The notes under the pieces: model-generated
The model's database searches: none
Told to the model about the DNA's origin: nothing
What the model saw: the letters and a program-made list of their open reading frames with translations, nothing else
Part shown: positions 26,036 to 41,904 of the stretch, piece after piece
How the letters are laid out: each line of letters opens with the position of its first letter
Position numbering within the stretch: the stretch's first letter is position 1
Position numbers and translations under genes: made by a program
Source: the human T2T-CHM13v2.0 reference genome, Homo sapiens
DNA: 64,000 bases
NCBI RefSeq assembly: GCF_009914755.1
Contig: NC_060937.1
Direction: 5' to 3' (one strand)

Positions 26036-27924
26036 TAGTAGATACTGTTTTAAATGTAGATGGTTTGGAAGAACTTTTCAAAGAAGGTAGGTTTGACCAC
26101 GTCTTGAAGAATAAAGCTTATATGGAGAGAAGAGTGGAGTGTAGGTGGGTTTCATGGTGAGAACCTACATATGGAGGTGAAATGTTGAGAACACACTTAG
26201 GGGAATGAAGATGGAAACAGTTTGCTTGGGCAGAGTGCTCGCAAGATTGTAGATGGAGGTAAAAGTGGAAAAGGAGGTAGGTTTCAGACTGATTCATTTA
26301 TAGTGTCCTAGAAAGAATGTGATAGAAAGAAAGAACAGATCAATTCAGCGGAGATGTGCAGGATAGATGGAGGAAGAAAATAAATATGTATGGTTAATAT
26401 GTATGGTATTTAGATGTTACAGAAATTTTAAATGGCCTGCAATTAGAAATATTTAACATTGTCACATTGGACTCCTCTGAACCCAACCCTCTCAAATGTG
26501 GCTGAGATTAATTATTTGGAACCTTAATGAGTTGGTTTTGTGCAATTTCTTCATTTTATGAGTCTAGACACTAATTCACAACTATTCAGTTAGAACCTAG
26601 ATTATGCTAAGAGGTTTACCGAGTTCAAACAGAAACTTCTCAAAAGTAATGATGTAAAAGGCATGTAGAGATGAAAACCTATGCCCCAAATCACCAGACA
26701 ATATTCTCTATCTTGTTCTCAGTCTCAATTCACATGCTTCTCAGTCATCTTATATACTGACAGTATTTATTATTAGAAAATACTGAAAACTCTAGCTCAG
26801 TGGTGCTTCCCCCCAAAAATGTTAGTACTCATGCAATGTCGAATGCAATTTCAATATGTTCATATACTCCTAGAGAGTGCAGTTAAGAATTGTTGCTCTA
26901 AGTAATTAGGTAAGTAGATGAAGCTACTTATTTTCCCTTCTCTTGCTTTATTTTAGGCGAGAAGGGCAAACTGCATAAAGTGCCTGGTAGAGTTTGTGTG
27001 ATGATCAACAGTAGGTAGGCAGGAGCATGAGAAGGCACTTTATCAATGCCAGGAGTGTGCTTTACTCAACCTGAGTGATTATTTACATGTTAAGCAGTCA
27101 GTGTTGTCCAATGTGAAAAATGGTGTCCCTTCTATCATGTGATATTCACATGGGAAACCCCTTAAAATTATCATAACGCATTCTCTAGCCATAATTCTGG
27201 TATACTTTAGAAACTTAATTGTATTCATTTCCAGAAACTAGCAATAGTTACAGCAAGAAACAGCATTCTACACCTTTTGACTCTCAGAAAACATTAGATT
27301 ATTAGATTGGAAAATATACTTCATTCTGGGTAGACTGTCTAAACTATGATATTTGCCTCTAGGTTTGCCTGGTAACTAAAGTCTCTATGGTGTATAAGGC
27401 ATTTTGTGGCAGGAAAGTGGTATGTTGAGCATTGTCAATGAAGCTCTTCTCCATTAGATAATGAGCCCCAAATAAGAAATAGATGAGTACCTGCCAAAGA
27501 AAGAAGCCTCAGAATAGCCTCTGGTAAAGGCAATTTAGCGACTGAGCTCTGCTAATGAGTACATGATAGATGCTGGGGAAAAAATGTCTTTCATCAAGAC
27601 TGTGTGATTCATCCAGCAAACAAGTATTAGGTACCCATTAACTAGCAAGCTCTATAATAAGTGTCAGAGATTCAGCAGTGAAAAAGATATAATTTCCTGC
27701 CCTCAAGGAAGTTTACTGGGAAATTTAGACAGAAAGAAAAGTTACAAAATGCTACTTTGAAAATTAAAAAATTCAAACAGATCTAATTAATTACTTTTGG
27801 CAAGTTCTTTAAATGATGACTCTCCTTCTAATTGTTAAGGGATGAGACAAGACTGCAGGTAGACTAGGACACTTACATGAGGCTGATGATGAAGAAAACG
27901 ACAAAAACTCACCTTACTGACCAA

Positions 27925-29875
27925 CAAACATGAAAACATGCTCAACATTGCTGATCATCATTAAAATAAAAATGAAAATCACAATGAGATATCATCTCAC
28001 ACCCATTAGGATGGCTACAGAGGGAACAAACCTGTACAATGGCAGAAAATATCTGCAAACTATGCATCCAACAAAAGATTAACATGCAGAATCTACAAGG
28101 AATTCAGACAACAACAACATCAGCAACAACAAAACACCACATTAAAAAGTGGGGAAAGGAACAATTCTTAAAAGAAGACATACAAATGGCCAAGAAGCAT
28201 ATGAAAAAATGCTCACATCACTAATCAAGAGAAATGCAAATTAAAACCACAATGAGATATCATCTTGCACCAGAAAGAATAATTATCATTATAAAGTCAA
28301 AAAATGAAGGTGTCGGAGAGGATGCAGAGGAAAAGAAAAGGCTTACACATTGTTGGTGGGGATTTAACTTAGTACAGTATTTATGGAAAACAGTACGGAG
28401 ATATCTCAAAGAACTAAAAATGGAACTAACATTCAATCCAGCAATCCCACTACTGGGTCTATATCCAAAAGAAAAGAAATTATTCTATAAAAAAAAGACA
28501 CCTGGACTTTTATGTGTATAACAACACTACTCAAAATAGCAAAGATAGGTAGTCAACCTAAGTGTCCATCAACAGATGATTGGATAAAGAAGATGTTACA
28601 TATATATGTATCACACACACACCATGGAATACTACCCAGCCATAAAAAAAGAATGAAATTATATATTTTGCAATAACATGGATGGAACTAGAGGTCATTA
28701 TCTTAAGTGAAATAACTCATAAGCATAGAGCCAAATACCACATGTTCTCACTTATAAGTGGGAGTTAAATAATCTGTACACATGGACATACAGTATGGAT
28801 TAATAGACACTGGAGACTTGAAAGGGGGTGAGGATAGGAGGGGGACGACAGATAAATTCTTTAATGGGTACAACATACACTAAAAGCCCATACTTTACCA
28901 CTATACAATACAGCCATGTAAAAAAACAGCAACAAAGAAAAACAGTACTAGTAGCCCCTAAATTATACAAATTAAAAAACAAAAAATAACAAGTGCTGTC
29001 AAGTATGTGGAGAAATTGGAGTCTGTGTGCATTGTTTGTGGAATTATAAAATCTTGCAGCCACTAAGGAAAAGAGTATGGAGGTTTCTAAAAAAAAAAAA
29101 AAAAAAAAAAAAAATAGAATTACTATATAATCCAGCAACTTCACTTCTGAGTATATGTCCCAAAGAATTGAAAACAGGGAGTTGAAGAGATACTTGCACA
29201 TCCATGTTTACAACAGCATTATTCACAACATCTGAGAGGTGGAAGCAACCCAAATGTCCATCAATGGATGAATGAATAAACAAAACTTGGTAGGTACACA
29301 CAATGGGATATCATTTAGTTTTTAAAAGGAAGAATTCTGATACATGTTACATGAATGAACCTTGAGAACATTACGCTAAGTCAAATATGTCAGTCACAAA
29401 AAGACAAATACTATACAAATCCACTTATATGAGGTAACTAAAGTAGCTAAATTCATAGAAACAAATTAGAATTGCGGTTGCCGGTGGCTAGGGAGAGGAG
29501 GAAAGGGAAGTTGTTTGGTAGGTGAAGAGTTTCAGATTCGCAGGGTGAGATTTCTGGAGATCTGATGGACAGCCATATAAATATACCGAACAGTATTCAA
29601 GTGTACATTTAAAAATGGAAAGATTAAGCAAACTGTGGTACATCCATACCATGGAATATGACAGTAATAAAAAGGAATGAACTATTGATACATGCAGCAA
29701 CATGTATAAATCTCTAGAGAATTATACAGAGCAAAACAACAATAAAAGTCAATCCCAAAGGTTACATATTGTCATATTTCATCTATGTAACACTCTTAAA
29801 ATGACAAAAATACAGAAATAGAGAATAAAAAAGGGTTAAGATGGTAAATTTTGTATTTTTATCACAATTAAAATT
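27925..29875 (+). mobile_element. Nested L1 cluster: L1MB-like host with L1MA-like insert (~28019-28980) and another L1M 3' fragment (~29615-29830)
   Basis: ORF2 C-terminal motifs ([11 protein letters not shown]..., AIPLLG.YPKE) occur twice; host sequence resumes after each insert. Confidence 0.75.
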
Positions 29876-30186
29876 TCTAAGTATGCAAAAGGAAAATAAA
29901 CCCTATTTTACAACCTCCATGTTCAGAATCCAATGTTTTCTCTACATGTGTGTTAGGGTTAGGAGACACGTTTGACTTTTTGTCTATATAAATCTATATA
30001 AAGATTTGGAGTTTAGCAAATGTTGCATCTGAGAACATTTGTTACTTTTCAAACCAGAATTTTATTTGCCCTTTCTTCACATAGACTTTGAAAAATACAG
30101 TCCAACTGAGAGCTTCCTATCAGATAGTTTAAAAAATTATAAACTATTGTGAAATAATTAAAGAGATGACTACTAAAGCTGGTGTT

Positions 30187-30545
30187 TGCTGTGATCTGAC
30201 ATGTTTGTGTCCCTCCCCAAAATTAATATGTTGGAACCTAATCCCCACTGTAATGGTATTTGAAGGTGGGGCTTTGGAAGGTGGTTAGGCCATGAGGATG
30301 AATCCCTCCTGAAATGGGATTAGTGCTCTTATGAGGGACTGAAGAGACTGGAGTTCTCCCCTTTCAAGTGAAGACACATCGAGAAAACACTGTCCCCAAA
30401 CCAGAAAGCCCTCATCAGATACCAAGTCTTCCAGCACTTTGATCTGGAGTTCCCAGCCTCCAGAACTGTGAGACATATATTTCTGTTGTGTATAAGCTAC
30501 ACAGTTTATAGTATTTTCGTGTAGCAGCCTGAATAGAATAAGATC
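30187..30545 (+). mobile_element. MLT1A-like MaLR solo LTR
   Basis: ccccaaaattaatatgttggaacctaatcccc...cagcctccagaactgtgaga...tagcagcctgaatagaataaga. Confidence 0.85.
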
Positions 30546-31022
30546 ATGTCTATGGTCAGAGCACAAATAAGATACAGCAATCTTTACACTTACTCTGGCT
30601 TGTGCAACAATGTTATGTATCCCAGCATATAACTGCCAGAATGGAACATTCCAGACTTACTGATATAGAGCACCTGACTATATTTCACTATACATACAGA
30701 ATGACAAAAAAAAATGCAGGATGAACTGACAATAACCTTTAAGGATGAAAACAAACTGCAAGTTATAAAAGTTTTTAAAAATAGTAGTACATACACAAAC
30801 ACATATTTTGAGGAAAGGTTCCAATTTTGAGGGATGAATGGCATTCATCCATCTTCTTTTCTGCTGGAGAAGTCTTTGTGAAGGAAAATAATATTGTGAA
30901 TAACAGGAGTGACTGTTATGTGATGTAGAAATGAAAATGAAAACTAATGCAAACAGTAACTGGGAGTGATGGGGCTAGTATGGTCACCAGAAAAGATAAC
31001 TGACCATAGGATCTAAAAACCT

Positions 31023-31720
31023 TGATCCTTGGTGTTTACTCAAATGAGTTGGAAACTTACATCCACACAAAAACTTGGTGTAAATGTTCATGGCAGCTTT
31101 ATTCCTAATTGCCAAAACTTGAAAGCAATCAAGATGGCCTTCAATAGGGGAATATACAAACAAGCTTTCCAGACAATGGAATATTATTCAGTGATAAAGG
31201 AAAATTATAAAGCCATCAAAAAATATGAGAAACCTTAAATGCATATTACTAAGTAAGAGAAGCCAGTCTGAAAAGCCTATACACTATACGATTCCAACTA
31301 TATAACATTCTGGAAAAGGCAGAACGGAGACAGTAAAAATATCAGTGGTTGCCAAGGTCTAGAGGAGAGGGGGAGGGTGGAGAGAGGGAGGGATGATGAG
31401 TAAGTGAACACACAGGATTTTTAGGGCAGTGACACTATCTGTATGTTACTATAATGGTAGATACATGTCATTATACATTTGACAAAACCCATAGAATGTA
31501 CAACACCTAGAGTTAACTCTAATGTAAACTATGGACGTTAGCTAATATTAATTTATCAATATTGGCTCGTTCATTATAAAATTTGTACCATACTAATGTA
31601 AGATGTGAATAAGGGAAATAGGTGGAGGGAGGGATGGGAGCAAAAGGGGTTTATGGGAACGCTCTACTTACTGCTCAATTTATCTGTAAAGCTAAAACTG
31701 CTTTTAAAAGTTTATTAATT
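31023..31720 (+). mobile_element. L1MC-type 3' end
   Basis: aaatgcatattactaagtaagagaagccagtctgaaaag...aaacccatagaatgtacaacac. Confidence 0.8.
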
Positions 31721-31934
31721 GAAAAAATTAAAAGAGAAATTTGACTCAGGGTGGAGGAGGATGTTGGTCTGGAGGCAGAACTGTCGTAGGTGCTGCAAAG
31801 GCTCCCCCACTGATGTCTTAATAAGTTCCACAGTAGGAATTCTCAGCAATTATGCATCAGGGAAAATACATACATTAAGTTTCCAAGAACCACATTTAAA
31901 AGCCCAGGTTGACGAAGCAAAAATGGAATCTCTA

Positions 31935-32155
31935 GGTCAGGAGTGAGAAAACAACAAGCCCTTAGGTCATATACAGCCTGCCAACTGTTTAAGGAAAGTA
32001 TGGTTGGAAGACAGCCAAGACCATTAATTTACATATTGCCTAAGGCTGTTTTTGACGTCCAAACGCAGTGGAGGAGTAGCAGTTGAGACCATCTGACCCA
32101 CAAGCCTAAAACACTTAACTTGCACTTTACAGAAAATGCCTGCTGACTCCTGCTC
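31935..32155 (+). mobile_element. MER58A-like MITE (degenerate)
   Basis: caggagt...aagcctaaaacactta...ctttacagaaaatgcctgctgactcctg, flanked by ctag motifs. Confidence 0.6.
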
Positions 32156-32869
32156 TAGTTCCTATTGGCTAAATATAGCATTCATGGGATTCCCTAATGT
32201 TATATATAAAAAAAATAATGCTGAGATGTGGAAACCTTCTCTGGGGGAAAAAAACAAAACAAAACAAAAACAAACAAACAAACAAAAAAACCAACTCCAT
32301 CCTTGGACACATACCTGTGAGAATATGAGATTTGCAGAGACTACTGTGGAGAATTTTTTTTTCTATCTGATCTATAGAGGTAACATAATATTCATGTTGA
32401 TTCATTAAAATAACTCAATTGTGAAACAGATTAAACAGCATTCTACACCATATATTTTATTTCACTTTTAATTATCACCTTTGATACACTTTAACTCCTA
32501 TCAGTAAATATGAATGGGCACATTTTAAATGAAGTCTGTAAGTAAAGAAATATCAACCATTAAAGAGAAAAATAGAAATATGAAGTACTTGTTTTTGCTT
32601 CACTAGAAATAACATCAAAAACATGTTTATATCATCTTTATCTTTTCAACAGTCTAATGCACTGTTGACCAGAGAAGAATGAAATAGTTAGAATTTGATG
32701 TAAATGAATTTTTAACATATTCTATACAAATTTTAATCAGTTGCATAAAATACAAAAGAACAGTAATCTACATGTATAAAATACAAACAAGTCTTAATAT
32801 TGTGAATGATGATATTAAACTAAAAATAATATTATGAATGATGATATTAAATGAAAGTACTTGGCAAAG

Positions 32870-33455
32870 TCAGTCTCTGTATCATTTCAGAATGCTTTTA
32901 GCAACAAGGGAATTGTAGCTGAATTTGGGATTTCCCAAACTGCAGTGGCTTACGCAGTGGAAAGTGAGCCCCTTTCATACAGAAAGTCTCTAAACCTTGG
33001 TGCTTCTAGTGTTAGATCAGTGCCTCTGAGTTCATCAGGAACTCATGTTCTCTCTATTTTTTCCCTTCTGCCATTCTAAGTTATTGATGACGTTCTCGCA
33101 CATAATGGTTGCTCTAGCTCCAAACATTATATTTTCATAGAACAGCATCCCAAGTAGGCTAGAAGAGGGCAGGGCCAAAAAATGGCTATCTTTTTGGAAA
33201 AAGAAAATAGTTTCTCAGCAGCTTTCTAAAAAATATTATTTATCTTAATGTTCAGAACCAGGGGCACATAACCACACCTAGACTAATCACTGGATAAGCG
33301 AAGTGGGGCTGCTATGACAGATATAAAAAGTGAAATGTATTAATCACAGTTTAATTATGGTTTGATAATTGTTTAGTAGCCTTTAACCAAACATCAACTT
33401 CCAGAATTAGGACATATGACCCCCTAATAAAAGCAGGTTCTGTTAGTGAGGATGA
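32870..33455 (-). mobile_element. Old MLT1-type (K/L/M-like) LTR remnant
   Basis: aatggttgctctagctccaaacatt, ccacacctagactaatcactgg and ggttctgttagtgagga motifs. Confidence 0.45.
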
Positions 33456-33608
33456 AGGAATTCTTTTGGAATTAAGGTAAATTTATCTTTCTCTTGCAAC
33501 ATTTTAAATATATAAGTGATATATATTTAATGGTATGACCCAATTAAAAAATATGACATGCAAATGCAATTCAGTAATACCACATTCCATATATTATATA
33601 TGATCAAA

Positions 33609-33636
33609 TACACACACACACAGACACACACAGACA

Positions 33637-33667
<31 letters not shown>
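33609..33667 (+). repeat. (CA)n/(CAGA) microsatellite
   Basis: Direct reading. Confidence 0.9.
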
Positions 33668-33669
<2 letters not shown>

Positions 33670-33859
33670 TCTGTAATTTGAATGGTGGTAAAAGAAGACC
33701 TAAATTCTATTTTAGTTCCACCTTCTCAACTTAAAGTCTTAAAGTATTTTGTTCCTAAATATTGATTTGCTTTTTTGGATTTTGTGGTTTGCAAATTTTT
33801 ATTGTTGTCATTGAAAATGTAATTTAAACCAATATTTTTCTTATTAAAATTTCCTTGTT

Positions 33860-34156
<297 letters not shown>

Positions 34157-34740
34157 TTTCCTTGTTTATCTCAACAGTGTAGGAGAGTTTCTGGTACTCG
34201 TTATTGAGTAAAAGCTCAAAAAACATCCTTTAAATGCCAGGCAAGGAGACCTATGTTTGAAGAAAGTAGCCAGATGAGGCCATTGAACACTGCCCATGAA
34301 AAAAACAAAAACAAAACAAAATAGAAAACAAAGTAAGAAAGCGGCCAAATCTGGAGACCACGTATGCCCGCGTGCCTGGAATAGCCATTTCTTTGCCTTT
34401 TCGTGCTAGCTAGATTACTCTTAAGAATGTTTTGAGGATGAATGTTGTCATCTTCCTAGTTTGGAGTTGGATTAGGTGTCTCCTAGGCTGTTTCTCTGGC
34501 TCCCTGAAGCTCCTCAGCTGCTGGGGCTCCTAGGGGCTGATCCAGGGTGCCGCATGGTCACTGTTTCAGTGCAGATGGTATGGACAAAGGAGCCATCCAC
34601 CCATGTGTGTTTCCTCCTGCCTTAATAAAAAAGTAGAGAAAAGCCAGCTTCTTCTTTGTTGCCAAGAGTTATCACAGAGCTCTGCTCAGACAGTATCTTT
34701 CCCTGTTGCTCTATCTTTGTCAGTGTTTCTAATGTGTTTA

Positions 34741-35161
<421 letters not shown>

Positions 35162-35692
35162 TCATAATAATGATGAAGAGGAAGATGACAGTTATTAAAC
35201 TTGGAGAAAAAATCAGTTCTCGGTTCTCATTTAACTGTAAACTAGGGTTAAAATGCTAAGTAGAATACACTTCCTAACAGAAATGGAAGTTAAATGTCAT
35301 ATCTTTTTGCCTAAGAACTTATACGGCATATCAACATTGTTGGAAGAAAACAGGAAGGAGTAAATATCTAAGTATGTACATATAAACTTATACAAACAAA
35401 TACTACAGAAACATTACTATATGTGATATAGTAATCATAACAATGTCTGGAAATATCAAACTTTGGGTTAAAATTACTTTTGAGTTTAGTTCAAAAGAAT
35501 GCAGAGAAGACATTCTAGAAATACTTAGAATAGCTCACGTTAGCTACGTTTTTTCACAAAGATGCATAACATAAGAATAAAATAATTCTCACTTCACACT
35601 ACCCACCCTCTTAATCCTTGTATATTCTTTCCCAATTTTCTTTATGTCTGTCAATTGCCTCTTAAACTTTACGTTACACATGAAGAACCAGA

Positions 35693-35846
35693 GGCGAGGC
35701 ATGGTGTTTCATGCCTGTAATCCCAGCACTTTGGGAGGCTGAATCAGGAGGATTGCTTGCACCTCGGAGTTTCAGTTTGCAGTGAGGTATGATCACACCG
35801 CTGCACTCCAGGTGACAGAGTAATACCCCGTCTCTTCCAAAAAAAA
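35693..35846 (+). mobile_element. Alu monomer (FRAM/FAM-like)
   Basis: Single arm with ggaggattgcttg...gcagtgaggtatgatcacacc and A tail. Confidence 0.8.
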
Positions 35847-36792
35847 TGAGTAAATAAAAAATAATGATCAAAAGAGTTGGCTAAAAATAAATCAGATCAA
35901 ATTTTCAAGGAATTCAGAAAAATTGGGGTAATTTGATCTCAAACTGGAGAGAGAATTGAAGAAACTGCCTGAATTGCTGTTCTCCACATGGACAGGACTG
36001 TCATATCTTATCAGTTGACAAACAATTAGGCATATTTGTCATCTGATTAGTCTGCAACTGGTGGGAAAGTCTGAGTGGCTTCCTCATGAAGTAATTGAAT
36101 TGCATTTTTTCTCTTTCAACTCTAATTTGCAAAGGAAAGTTTAGCCCCATGTCAGCTTTAGGCTGGGTTAGTGATAAGAGTATATGCTTATTCTCAACCC
36201 ACATACACTTTTCAAGAACGTCTTCTATAGTTTTAAAATGGGAGTTTTTTAATTAATGGAAAAAGTACCTAATCTTAAAGACAGGAGTAGCTATTCTCAG
36301 GTAAATAATACATGAACAAGAGAGATTGTAAAAGTTATTAGTGTAGCTCTTCCCAATTCTATATAAAAATCATATGCCATTGTTACAGATACTATTTTAG
36401 TACGAGAGCACAGCAGGCTGAATTTTCTTGGAAGAAAGGTTTCAATTCAGACTGCAACCTTCCTTCAAAAATACAATAATGATAAAGCCACCCATCCTTC
36501 AAAGACTTACCTTTTTCCAAAGTTAATATCTCCTTATGAACTTAGATTAAAGTTAAAAATTTATTTTAGACTAATTCATGCCACATAAAACCTTTCTTTG
36601 TGTTTTAATAGAAATGCATTTTTATAATATGCTATTTTTCTGGCTTGTAGAGGTAGATAAAAATGAAAGTCATTTGTACCTGAGAATCCAAGTTTAATTG
36701 CCGTAGTCTTGTTTTGCATGAGTTTAGTTGTTTTTTTTATTTGTAAGATAACCATTCAGTGTTCTAGAAACACTCTTTAAAATAGTCTTAAA

Positions 36793-37149
<357 letters not shown>

Positions 37150-38611
37150 CTACATATTTTCATACAATTGGCACTATCCTGAGCCCAGATTTTTTCTGTC
37201 AATAATTATTAAAGATCAAATTTTAAAAAATTAAGTTAGTATAAAAAGTGCTCAGAATACATAAATATTACTTGTATTCATAGTGTTGCAAATTTTGAGT
37301 TGAAATTTTAAGTACTACAAAAAAATATTTATTGAGGTGGTTTTAAGAATAACATTGAACTCTGATATCAAACCGAGAGATTTTAGCAGAGGAGTTATAA
37401 CACAAATGTTTTACTTTCTAAATCTGAACTATAAAAGATAAACCAAATATGGTGTTCAACATTAATTTCTTAAGGTTGACCTAAACTGAGCTCTCTAATT
37501 ACTATGTGAACATTTGGATTTTCTTTTTCTCCTTTGGTATCTAGAGAATATGTTTGTCTTATTTCTAAATCACCATATAAAACTTAACAAAGTCCTATAG
37601 CCTTTTGTTTGCTTGTTTTTATGAAACAAATTTGGGGTTCTATTTTCTCATATGTTTAGTTGTGTGTGTCTTTTGGGAGAAAAGGGGGGAATATATTTTG
37701 AATTGGAATTGAAGCAGATAATTTTAAAATTCAGAGCTGAATTTATTAATAAGGAATTTTATCCTAAAATACAAACTGAGAAATTTGCAATAGCTTGGTT
37801 TTAAATATTCCCACAAGACTAATAGATTATTTAGAAATTGAAAGTTATTAATTATTCATGTAAGAATCACTTCTCAGCCTCTCCTTCACCTTGAGTAAAC
37901 AGTTATACAATCCAATTTTATGAGATGGCTACAGAAGATGCCCTTACTTTATATGCACCCTGATTTAGATAAAGGTCACCCTCTAGTGGGGTTGATATGT
38001 ATTTCAATCTCAAACCTCACTCAATTGCCTTGCCTTTGAATAGCAAAATGATTGATTTTGAAAACCAAATGCAAATCCAGGTTCAGGGATTTTTATCAGC
38101 GTGTCAAAGATGAAGAGATACAGATTATTGTATTTAGCCCCAGGAAACTGGGATTAAGAAATTCAAAGACCCACTAAGCTTATTAATGTCATGTTAAAGT
38201 CATTGTGAATACCTTAAAGTGGATTTAAATGACAGTAGAAAAGTAAGTAGCCTGGTCCTAATTTCTAAAATGGAAGAATAAAAATCTGCCATTTTCCTGG
38301 TTAAGTATCACAATTTTAGAACTTCTGCATCCCATTTAGAACTTATATATATAAAACATCTAACATGACTGCTTATATTGTAGGCAACCTGTGGATTCTC
38401 TTGAAGTTAAACAATTAGAAAATAAGAGCAGTGTTTGTAAATTAAATATAAGCTCAATAATATGCTTACTATTTATTGAACACTTACCTTGAACTAAGTG
38501 CCTTTTTGTACATTATCTTAGTTTTATAATGACAACAGAAAATAATCTAAAGAAAAACTATGAAGGATCAATTATCATTGTTTTATTCAGACAAGGAAAT
38601 GGAAGCTGAGA

Positions 38612-38765
38612 GCAGCAGTTCTAACTTTAGCATGCATCAGAATCACCCAGAAAGCTAGTTAAAATGTAAGTCTGGGGACAGAGTAGGAGCGAGTTTGCAT
38701 TTCTAACAAGTTCCCAGGTGATGCTGATGCTGTTTGTCTAGGGACCACACTTTGTAAATCACTGC
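38612..38765. mobile_element. MER5A remnant inserted in a MIR
   Basis: tgcatcagaatcaccc...tgcatttctaacaagttcccaggtgatgctgatgctg...gggaccacacttt. Confidence 0.75.
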
Positions 38766-41700
38766 ACCAAGTTAGAATGCAAATATGGCTTTTGCTAGCA
38801 AATTCCTTCAGTGTGAGTATGATGAGCACTTGCTAGTAGCTTAATATATTTTACTCTTCTGCCCTTGTAGAGCATAACATGGTAACTATGTGGACCTAGT
38901 AACAATAAAGATACAGTAACCATAAAGACACAATAACTAAATAATTGCAGGGCTTGCTTGGCACCCAGAAATCTAAACCTAATATTTTCTCTTATTTCTT
39001 GACCTAACTTTCTAGTTCTCTATGTGGTTGGCAACAAATCGAAAAAGTCCATGAAAGGATGTAACATCCTACAGGAACATATGTAGTGACTGAGTATAGA
39101 TCAGCAGTCCTCACAATTCAGTGTGCATTTGTATCTGGGCCCCATGAATTTCAAATCAGCAGTTCTGGGTTGAGGGATGAGGTATCTGCTCTAATAAGCA
39201 CCCTAGATGATTCTGATGTAGGTGTTGTTTCCAACATGCTTTGAGACAATCTGACTTAAAGATTCAACAGATGTTTGGTTGCTTCTTCCATGAGAAAACA
39301 ACAATAACAAAAGCACCTTTTCCATGAGAGATCAAATTTCCAACCAAATCTTGGTTTAGAGCATGCCAGAGCTCTGACTATGACTGCTTTCTGAGTCAAG
39401 TGCAGAACAGAGCTACTACTGCACAGAGTTATCGTGAGTATTGTCATTTTGACAATTCTGCATCCAAACACACGTTGATTTGGGTAGAGTCACAAGACAG
39501 GTGAGAGGTAAGAGCCTATCCCTAACTTTTCTGTCCCCTTCCACTAACCCCAGCAATTAGGGAACCGTAGATGATGTCATGTGGCCAATGAGATGCTCTC
39601 AACTGGGAGTCTGAATCTTGAGGGGGTGAGGCACATATATATGTACATGTATTAGGGAACCTGGGATGGAGTAGAGAATGCAGTGATGAATCCAAGAGTG
39701 ATCAGGATGGCTAAAGATCATAATGCATCAGTGGGCAATAAGCAGTTAGCGGAGGTGGGGCCAGTGGTGCAGCCCATGCAGACTGTATCTGGCTGGGCTA
39801 TTTCTCTTCTCTCCCATAGTAGCTTGGTTGCCTGGGATTCATACAGATTCTCTGAGTGCCCATTACCCTTCCGACCCATTGTTACGATTCTTAACATCTG
39901 ATCCCTAGGTTGGAAAGACAGGTTCACATCATTCAATGAATAACTGTCTCACCTATTTTAATTTTACATATGACCTTCTTACTGATGTGACTCCTGGGAA
40001 AATAACTTAATCTTTTGGGCTTCAGTTTGCTCAGCTGTAAAATTAAGAGGGAGGAGGCAATGCTCTCTATGGCACTTCTCAGTCCTTAAGATCCTGTCCT
40101 ATTTAGCCTTATAATAGTCTTTGGGTGGGAGCTATTACTGTAGAGAAAAGAGGATCAGATTTGTTATCTAGCCCTTTTCTGCAGAGGTAGAAATGGAATT
40201 TAGATAAATGAAAGGATCAGCCTGGAAGTTTCAGAGGCTGTTTCCCTCTCTTCTTATAAGCTAAACTTAGTGGCAGCTAAAAAACCTAATAAACTCCTAA
40301 GAGGAAAAAGGATTTCCCAACTGACAGAGAAATCTTGTGTTTCTTCATCTAATACCAACCCCTGAGCCTGCAAAAAATAGGGGTGACTCCAATGGTCTTT
40401 TCCGCACAGAATACAGTACTAGCAACTAAAGAGAAAATCCACTTTTTCATACAACATAGGGTAACAAAGTATCCTTAGATGGAACTATTTTTGATGGAAA
40501 CAAACCTGAGTGAAATATGAACCAGTACGTGAGAATGAAAGGCAAGACTATTCCTATCAGATTCTTTGAAAGCATTTCAGTTCCTAGAGTCTGGGAAATA
40601 AAATATATCTATTTGGGGCTTACTCTACGTTCACTGCTTCCTGTCTAGCTTTCACCCTCTATTAAAAAGGCTTTTGTCTAAGACCTTCACTTATTTGGTG
40701 ACTTAATATTCACCCTATCAATACCTATTGTTAAATGATGCCTATTCACATGATAATTTTCAGAGTCACAAAGACTGTCGCAGGGAGAGTTAAAGTGGCA
40801 ACAAAATCGATGTAAAGTAAGCATAAAGTGCACTTTGAAAATGGCTTTCCAGTGTTTCACGTGCTCAAAGAACTGTTCATGCTGTTCCCTTGATCAAAAG
40901 CCGTCAGTGGCTCCCCATCCCTTAAACTGCTTTTGGCATGTGATACTCTGAAATTGCCTTAACCAACCACCTCATCCATCCATGTACTCATTCAAATGGT
41001 AACAAGTGCTTACTGAGCATCTATTGCATGCTGATCACCTGATATAGTATTTTCTTTAATTCCTTCCAGCCTCCCTGGTATTCCCCGTCTTGCTTCCATT
41101 ACTTTATTTTTCTCTTCCCAATACCCACTGATTTTTGAAACTTATTTGTTTATGATCTGTCTTCTTCCACTGGAATGTAAGTCCTAGAGTAGCCTACAAC
41201 AGGTAGACAATGAGCATTTGTCTAATAAATCTAAAGCATTTAAAAATATTCAAAGTCAGCAGGCTTAATATTTTGTAGAATTAATTACTCTCTTGAAGGA
41301 TGAAAAAAAAAGTATTACTTCACCTAAATCCCCTATTAAAAATTTAATCCTTGGATAAAATTCTAATACAGTAATCTTACTTTTCAAACCAAAATATTAA
41401 TTAGGCACACTTCTTCTCCAATTCCATTTACTAACAAAGGTTATAAGGCCCAATGCCTTAAATTAGAGACATTTGTCATAGTAAAACAACAAAATAATGC
41501 TATGTGATTCTATGTAGTTTACATGTAAAAATAACTTTTAGCTTTATATAATTTGCGAACCTTCAAATAAATCACAGAATATGCAGGAGAAAACACAAAC
41601 CAGATTCTTTAACTTATATACTGCCTAAAAATGAGGAAAAATGAGACATAATGACACACATAGATAGAGATTTTCTTGCTAGTTGGAAAACTCAGATGAG

Positions 41701-41904
41701 AAAGTTATACCACAATCTATGTTGTATTTTGGGGTATTTTAAAGACCACAGTGACTGCTGCCTGTCACTTGGCCAGTCAGGGGAAAGTTCAAAACTTGGA
41801 CCCCACGTGACTGTGGGTCTCTGTCAGCAAGTCCCCTTCTACTGTTCTGAGGCATGCAGAAAGGTCGACTATAGACAAATGCTTATTTAGGTTTCTTGGT
41901 CAAG

